Below are positions 25,693 through 31,154 of a DNA stretch of 31,154 nt, one piece after another. Numbering within the stretch: the first letter of the stretch is position 1; the number at the start of each line of letters is the position of its first letter. The stretch lies in assembly GCA_005801025.1 (NCBI GenBank), contig SYDZ01000040.1, forward strand, positions 1 through 31,154, given 5' to 3'. Source of the stretch: Actinomycetota bacterium. Its GTDB lineage: Bacteria; Actinomycetota; Acidimicrobiia; Acidimicrobiales; Ilumatobacteraceae. The position numbers and the translations under genes were made by a program. Under the pieces are notes generated by a model. That model did not search any database, was not told the DNA's origin, and saw nothing but the letters and a program-made list of their open reading frames with translations.

Positions 25693-27089
25693 CCGGTACC
25701 TACGCACACGCTCCAGGATTTATCGTCGGAGATCGCCCGAAAATTGTGACCTCACGATTTGAATACGAAGATTCATACACGTTGACGCGTTACTTGGCAA
25801 CTGATGGCTACCAGGGTCTGCGCGCCGCTCTCAGTCGCCCAGCCAATGAAGTGCACGACGAAGTACGGACCGCTACGGTGCTCGGGCGCGGCGGTGCAGG
25901 TTTCCCTGCTGGAACAAAATGGGGTCTCACTCCGCAAGGCGTCTACCCGCGTTATCTCGTTGTCAACGGCGATGAGAGTGAACCAGGAACTTATAAAGAT
26001 CGTCTGCTGATGGAGCGCGATCCACATCAATTGATTGAAGGCTGCCTGATCGCGTGTTACGCAGCAGGTTTATCGCAGTGTTTTTTGTATATCCGCGGCG
26101 AGATGGCCCTTGCTCAAGAGCGAGTCGCAGTTGCGTTGAATGATGCTTATGCAGCCGGCTATATCGGTAAAAATATTTTGGGCACACACTTTTCTGTTGA
26201 CATTGTTCTCCATTGGGGTGCAGGTGCTTATGTTGTTGGCGAAGAAACTGCACTGATTGAAAGTCTTGAGGGCAATCGTGGCATGCCACGATTGAAGCCT
26301 CCTTTCTTCCCTGCAGCAAATGGTCTGTACGGTCAACCAACGATTGTCAACAATGTTGAAACCTTGGCGAACTTGCCGTGGTTGATGTGCAATGGTGCCG
26401 AGGCCTACACGGCGATTGGAACTAAGACATCTCCAGGAACCCGTATGGTTGCTGTGAGTGGCCATGTCAAGCGACCCGGTGTTTATGAAATCGTCAATGG
26501 TGTCACTACATTTCGGGATTTGTTGTACAAAGAGGAATTCTGTGGCGGCATTCGCAATAACAATGAACTCAAGGCCTTCGTTCCTGGCGGTGGCTCGGCA
26601 CCTTGGTTCACACCAGATCAATTGGATCTTCCCTTTGAGGGCAGCCAGGTTGGTGCAGCAGGTTCAATGCTCGGTTCAGGAGCGATCATGGTGATGGATG
26701 AGACCACTGACATCCCAGCTGCTGCTTTGACACTTACTCGTTTTTACGCTCACTAATCTTGTGGCAAGTGCACGCCGTGTCGTGAGGGCGGAACTTGGCT
26801 TGAGCGCATTTTGAGTCGTGTCGTTGATGGCAAGGGAACGGCCGCCGATCTTGAGCAGTTAATTGAGGTTGGCACTTCAATTTGCCCTGGAGATTTCCCC
26901 CATGCCTCCAATGAGAAGTTGGGGCTAGCGGCGGTTCCTTTCCCATACAAGATGAACACCATTTGTTTCGTTGGACCATCGGCATATGCGCCTGTGAACT
27001 CGGCCCTGGTGCTGTTCCGCGAAGAGTTTGAAGCAAGAATTGTCAAACGACACACCATTCCTGTGACTGCTGTGGGAGCGGCGTTATGA
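25689..27089 (+). pseudogene. nuoF: NuoF interrupted by in-frame TAA at 26754-26756 (pseudogene or sequence error)
   Basis: GRGGAGFP, NGDESEPG, GAGAYVVGEET; reads FYAH*SCGKCTPCREG where HESCG is expected, then continues in frame to TGA 27089. Confidence 0.9.
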
Positions 27090-29455
27090 CCACCACCGAA
27101 CCGAATATCGAAGTGGAGATACCTCTTGACCCCAATGCGATCACGATGTCGATCAACGGCAAGTCGGTAGCGGCGCGTAAAGGTGAATTGATTATTGCTG
27201 CGGCCGATCGCAGTGGCGATTATATTCCACGTTTCTGTTATCACCCACGGATGAGTTCTGTTGGCATGTGTCGTCAATGTCTCGTTGAAGTGGAAGGCCC
27301 GCGCGGACCGATGATGGTGGTCAGTTGTATGACTTCGGTAGGTGAAGGTCAGATTGTTCGCACCGAAACTGAGCAAGTGAAACGGGCCCAAGAGGGAATC
27401 GTCGAGTTGCTCCTCGCCAATCATCCGCTCGACTGTCCGGTGTGTGACAAGGGGGGCGAATGCCCATTGCAAGATCAGGCCTTTAGTCATGGTCCAGGGG
27501 AAAGTCGTTTCATAGAAGAGAAGCGTCATTACGAAAAGCCCATTCCGATTAGCGATTTAGTGTTGCTGGATCGCGAGCGTTGCATCTTGTGCGATCGCTG
27601 CACTCGTTTTGCCGATGAAGTCGCTGGTGATGCATTGATCCAATTCACCTCGCGTGGGAATAACACGCAAATTCAGACATTCCCAGACGAGCCATTTAGT
27701 TCGTATTTCTCTGGCAACACAGTGCAGATTTGCCCCGTTGGGGCCCTGACTGCTCAGCCGTATCGCTTTAAGGCACGTCCTTGGGATCTCGCTAAGATCG
27801 AAAGCACTTGCACGACCTGTTCCGTTGGTTGTCGCATCACACTCGAATCGAGTCGCGATGAAATGTTGCGCTATCAAGGCGTGGACAGCGATCCGGTGAA
27901 TCATGGGTGGCTCTGCGACAAGGGTCGTTTCAACTTTGAGTCAATAAAGAGTAACCAACGCATTGAAAATCCAATGGTGCGGTCCGATGGAGATCTTGTT
28001 GCTACTTCGTGGAGCGTGGCTTTGTCTAGTGCAGCCAGTCTCATCGCCCAAGCGATCAAAGACGGGGGTCCACAAAGTGTGGCGATTCTCGGTGGTGCTC
28101 GCGGAACGAACGAAGACGCTTATGCGTGGGCACGTTTGGCGCAGTCCTTAGGTATCAGCAATGTTGACGCTCAATTTGATGATGGTCTTCCAACGTCGCT
28201 CTTTGGCTATGCCCAAGCAACGATTGATGAGGCTGCTCATGCCACGACAGTGTTATTGCTGTCTCCCGACCTCAAAGAAGAATTGCCGATTTTGTATGTG
28301 CGCTTACGTGATGCGTCAGAGAAGAAGCGCAGCAAACTCATTGAGTTTGTACCCAAGCAAACGGGACTCACGCGCTATGCCTGGAAGTCGGCCAGTTACG
28401 AACCAGGTCGTCAGGTGTCGGTGATCCAGCAGACGCTGACCGATCCTGCGGTAGCGGCTCAAATCGCTCAGGGCTCAGTTGTCGTCGTTGTCGGTCGGGC
28501 GAACTTGGCTGAAAACGATTCATTCACGATGGCTGCCCTTGATGCAGTGTTGGCCATCGCCCCATAGGCCACGGTCCTGCCAGTCGTACGTCGTGGCAAT
28601 ATCCGTGGAGCCGTTGAAACTGGATTGGTCATGGGGTCAACCAACTCAATTCTGCGATCGGCTATTGATGGCGAGATCAATTGCTTGGTTCTCGTTGGTG
28701 CTGATCCGATGAATGACGTTCCCGATTCACATCTTGTACGTCAAGCGCTGGCAGCGGTCCCGAAAATTATCGCCGTTGACACAACGATGTCACCTTCGTT
28801 GCAACGTTGTGAGGTCGTTCTACCTGCTGCCGCTTTTGGCGAGAAGGATGGCACCACAACCAACCTTGAAGGTCGCGTCACACAACTCAACCGCAAGGTC
28901 AACGCACGCGGTACAGCCCGTCCCGATTGGATGATTGCTGTAGAACTTGGCGAGTTATTAGGCCATGATTTGGGCTTGGGATCGGTGCAAGAAATTCATT
29001 CCCAACTAGCACGCAATGTGGCGAGTTTCGCTGATGTTTCGCGTGCCGCATTAGCTGTGAATCCCGATGGTGTGTTGCTCCGTCGTTCGATGACCCAGCC
29101 ACACAGTGCGACCGCCACGGAAGTTCCAGTTCACTCGGGTTTTGGATATCGATTAGTCGTCAGTCGCAAGTTGTATGACAATGGCACGAACGTCGCCCAG
29201 TCTCCGTCCTTGATGGGACTTGCCCCAAGTTCTGCATTACATATGCACCCGCTCGATTTCAGCAGTCTTGGAGTTGACGAAGGAACATCCATCAAAGTCT
29301 CAAATCACCGCACCTCAATCGTCATCCCAGTTGTGATGGACGAATCGATAGTACGTGGCACAGTGTGGGCGGCATGGGCACTGATTGGCGCGAATATCGG
29401 TGAACTCATTGATTCGTCACGTCTAGTCAATGATGTGAATGTGGAGACTCTGTGA
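27086..29455 (+). pseudogene. nuoG: NuoG interrupted by in-frame TAG at 28565-28567 (pseudogene or sequence error)
   Basis: CYHP..CRQC, HPLDCPVCDKGGECPLQD, CILCDRC, CPVGAL, CTTCSVGC; AIAP*ATVLPVVRRGN continues in frame into the 28625-29455 ORF. Confidence 0.9.
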
Positions 29456-30672
29456 TGGTCGGCAGTGCATCACTACTCGGACTTGATCCAATTTCTATCG
29501 GCAATCTGATGTGGGCGCCCTTGCTCATTATTTTGATGAAGGTCGTCGTTGTCTTTGGAGTCGGACTAGTAGCCACGATGTTGATGGTGTGGTTTGAGCG
29601 AAAAGCAATCGCCGGCATGAATAACCGCATTGGGCCCAATAAGGCTGGTCCCTGGGGCCTCTTGCAAACCCTCGCAGATGGCACAAAGTTGTTCTTCAAA
29701 GAAGATCTGCTTCCTGAACGCGCCGACCGTTTTGTTTTTAGATTGGCTCCGTTCTTGGCATTCGTTCCCGCCTTTTTGGTGTGGTCAATCATTCCTCTCG
29801 GTGGAGATTTCTCGAACGGTAAAGATGGTCTCGTGACTTGGTTTGGTCACACCACGCGAGTGCAGTTAGCCGATCCTCCCGTGGGCATTTTGCTGTTGTT
29901 GGCGCTCTCATCAATTGCGGTCTACGGCATCATGCTGGCGGGCTGGTCAAGCGGCTCAAAGTATCCGCTGTTGGGATCAGTTCGAGCTTCAGCGCAGATG
30001 GTTTCTTATGAAGCTGCTCTTGGTTTGAGCGTGGCTACCGTCATCTTGTTGGCTGGCACATTGTCAACTAGTGGAATCGTTGGTCACCAAGGGAACTTCG
30101 CGAATTGGCATGTCATCTCAACGGGTGTCATTCCATTCGTGATCTTCATGATCGCCGCCACTGCCGAGATGAACCGTCCACCCTTCGACTTAGTTGAGGC
30201 CGAGCAAGAACTCGTGGGTGGTTTCAATACTGAGTATTCCGGCATTCGCTTCGGGTTATTTTTCTTGGCCGAATTTATGAACACCATTACCATGAGTGGA
30301 ATCATTGTCACGCTGTTCTTCGGTGGGCCACAAGGACTCTTTGATATCCCCGGCATTCCTGGTGCGTGGGAAGGCACCCTATGGCTCATCGCCAAGATCG
30401 TGGTCTTCTTGTATATCTATGTGTGGATGCGTGCCACATTGCCTCGCTTCCGTTATGACCAGTTGATGAATCTCGGTTGGAAGATCTTGATTCCCGCTTC
30501 GCTGGGATGGTTCATGTTGATGGCCGTTCTGCGTCTTGCTCGGGATCAAGATTGGAATCGTGGTGTCGTGGTTACTGCTTGCATTGTTGTGCTATTACTT
30601 TGCGTGGGAATTTTGTCGTTAGCAAATCGTGTCAGTAAAGCCAACCGCGAACGTGAAGGAGCGATGTTCTGA
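29452..30672 (+). CDS. nuoH: NADH-quinone oxidoreductase subunit H
   Basis: [46 protein letters not shown]. Confidence 0.96.
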   Translation: MMVGSASLLGLDPISIGNLMWAPLLIILMKVVVVFGVGLVATMLMVWFERKAIAGMNNRIGPNKAGPWGLLQTLADGTKLFFKEDLLPERADRFVFRLAPFLAFVPAFLVWSIIPLGGDFSNGKDGLVTWFGHTTRVQLADPPVGILLLLALSSIAVYGIMLAGWSSGSKYPLLGSVRASAQMVSYEAALGLSVATVILLAGTLSTSGIVGHQGNFANWHVISTGVIPFVIFMIAATAEMNRPPFDLVEAEQELVGGFNTEYSGIRFGLFFLAEFMNTITMSGIIVTLFFGGPQGLFDIPGIPGAWEGTLWLIAKIVVFLYIYVWMRATLPRFRYDQLMNLGWKILIPASLGWFMLMAVLRLARDQDWNRGVVVTACIVVLLLCVGILSLANRVSKANREREGAMF

Positions 30673-31130
30673 TGGGCTACCTCGGAGGATTTCTCGTCAC
30701 CCTGGCCCAGGTAGGTCGGCGCAATAAAGTCACCCTCGAATATTCCGGTGGTCGCGAGAACAAAAAGGGCAAGCCACAACGCGATGAAAAAGCTCCTAAG
30801 CCAGAACGCTTGCACGGCCGCCATGTTTTGAACCGTTACGAAGATGGTATGGAGAAATGCATTGGTTGCGAATTGTGCGCCGGTGTGTGCCCAGCCAAGT
30901 GCATCTATGTCCGTGGTGCCGATAATGATCCAGAAAATCCGACCTCACCAGGTGAGCGCTTCGGCTTTGTCTACGAGATCAACTACTTGCGCTGCATTCA
31001 CTGCGATCTCTGCGTTGAAGCCTGTCCAACGGAGGCAATCACAGAGTCGAAGTTGTTTGAGTTCTCATTTTTGAATCGTCAGGATGCGATCTACACAAAA
31101 ACTGAACTCGTTGTCGGTGATGATGGCTAG
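30672..31130 (+). CDS. nuoI: NADH-quinone oxidoreductase subunit I; the stop at 31128 may be premature
   Basis: [12 protein letters not shown] and [12 protein letters not shown]; after TAG the frame continues PLQLPWED to the window end. Confidence 0.93.
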   Translation: MGYLGGFLVTLAQVGRRNKVTLEYSGGRENKKGKPQRDEKAPKPERLHGRHVLNRYEDGMEKCIGCELCAGVCPAKCIYVRGADNDPENPTSPGERFGFVYEINYLRCIHCDLCVEACPTEAITESKLFEFSFLNRQDAIYTKTELVVGDDG

Positions 31131-31154
31131 CCACTGCAGTTGCCGTGGGAAGAC

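Noticed and set aside
26753-27529. 258-aa antisense ORF and similar long antisense ORFs (9127-9654, 21618-22178, 24569-24997)
   Set aside because: Shadows of well-supported genes on the opposite strand, with no motifs
26754-31130. Stop-codon reassignment or readthrough as the cause of the nuo interruptions
   Set aside because: The interruptions use both TAA and TAG, and both codons are ordinary terminators elsewhere in the window (TAA at 348-350 and 5613-5615; TAG at 4701-4703, 6732-6734 and 17837-17839)

Overview
Core-genome window from an actinobacterium. Gene content and order (mshA-YbjN, proC, rex-hemACD-hemB-hemL, MenJ-like reductase near nuo) and the divergent respiratory proteins suggest class Acidimicrobiia; this is inference. 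Left half: nadE 3' end, an MFS transporter, a histidine phosphatase, a MoaD/ThiS-RsiG-like pair, mshA, YbjN, proC, a SAM hydrolase-family gene, rex and the early heme pathway. Right half: a MenJ-like reductase and a monoheme cytochrome c on the minus strand, then one tightly packed plus-strand run (16945 to window end). That run joins an atypical b6f-like Rieske/cytochrome b complex (split cytochrome b with the heme-ci Cys, a 2x[4Fe-4S] ferredoxin, a diheme cytochrome c and two unknown membrane proteins) directly to nuoA-I. Highlights: (1) this ferredoxin/bc/complex I operon; (2) an identical N-terminal peptide MTEIPEHLLKR on two unrelated subunits, kept by synonymous-only divergence; (3) an unannotated multi-hairpin RNA with its own promoter after proC; (4) a 27-aa membrane microprotein missed by the ORF track; (5) in-frame stops in nuoF, nuoG and probably nuoI, either sequence error or decay of the NADH-input module. 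No mobile elements, CRISPR, rRNA or tRNA were seen.
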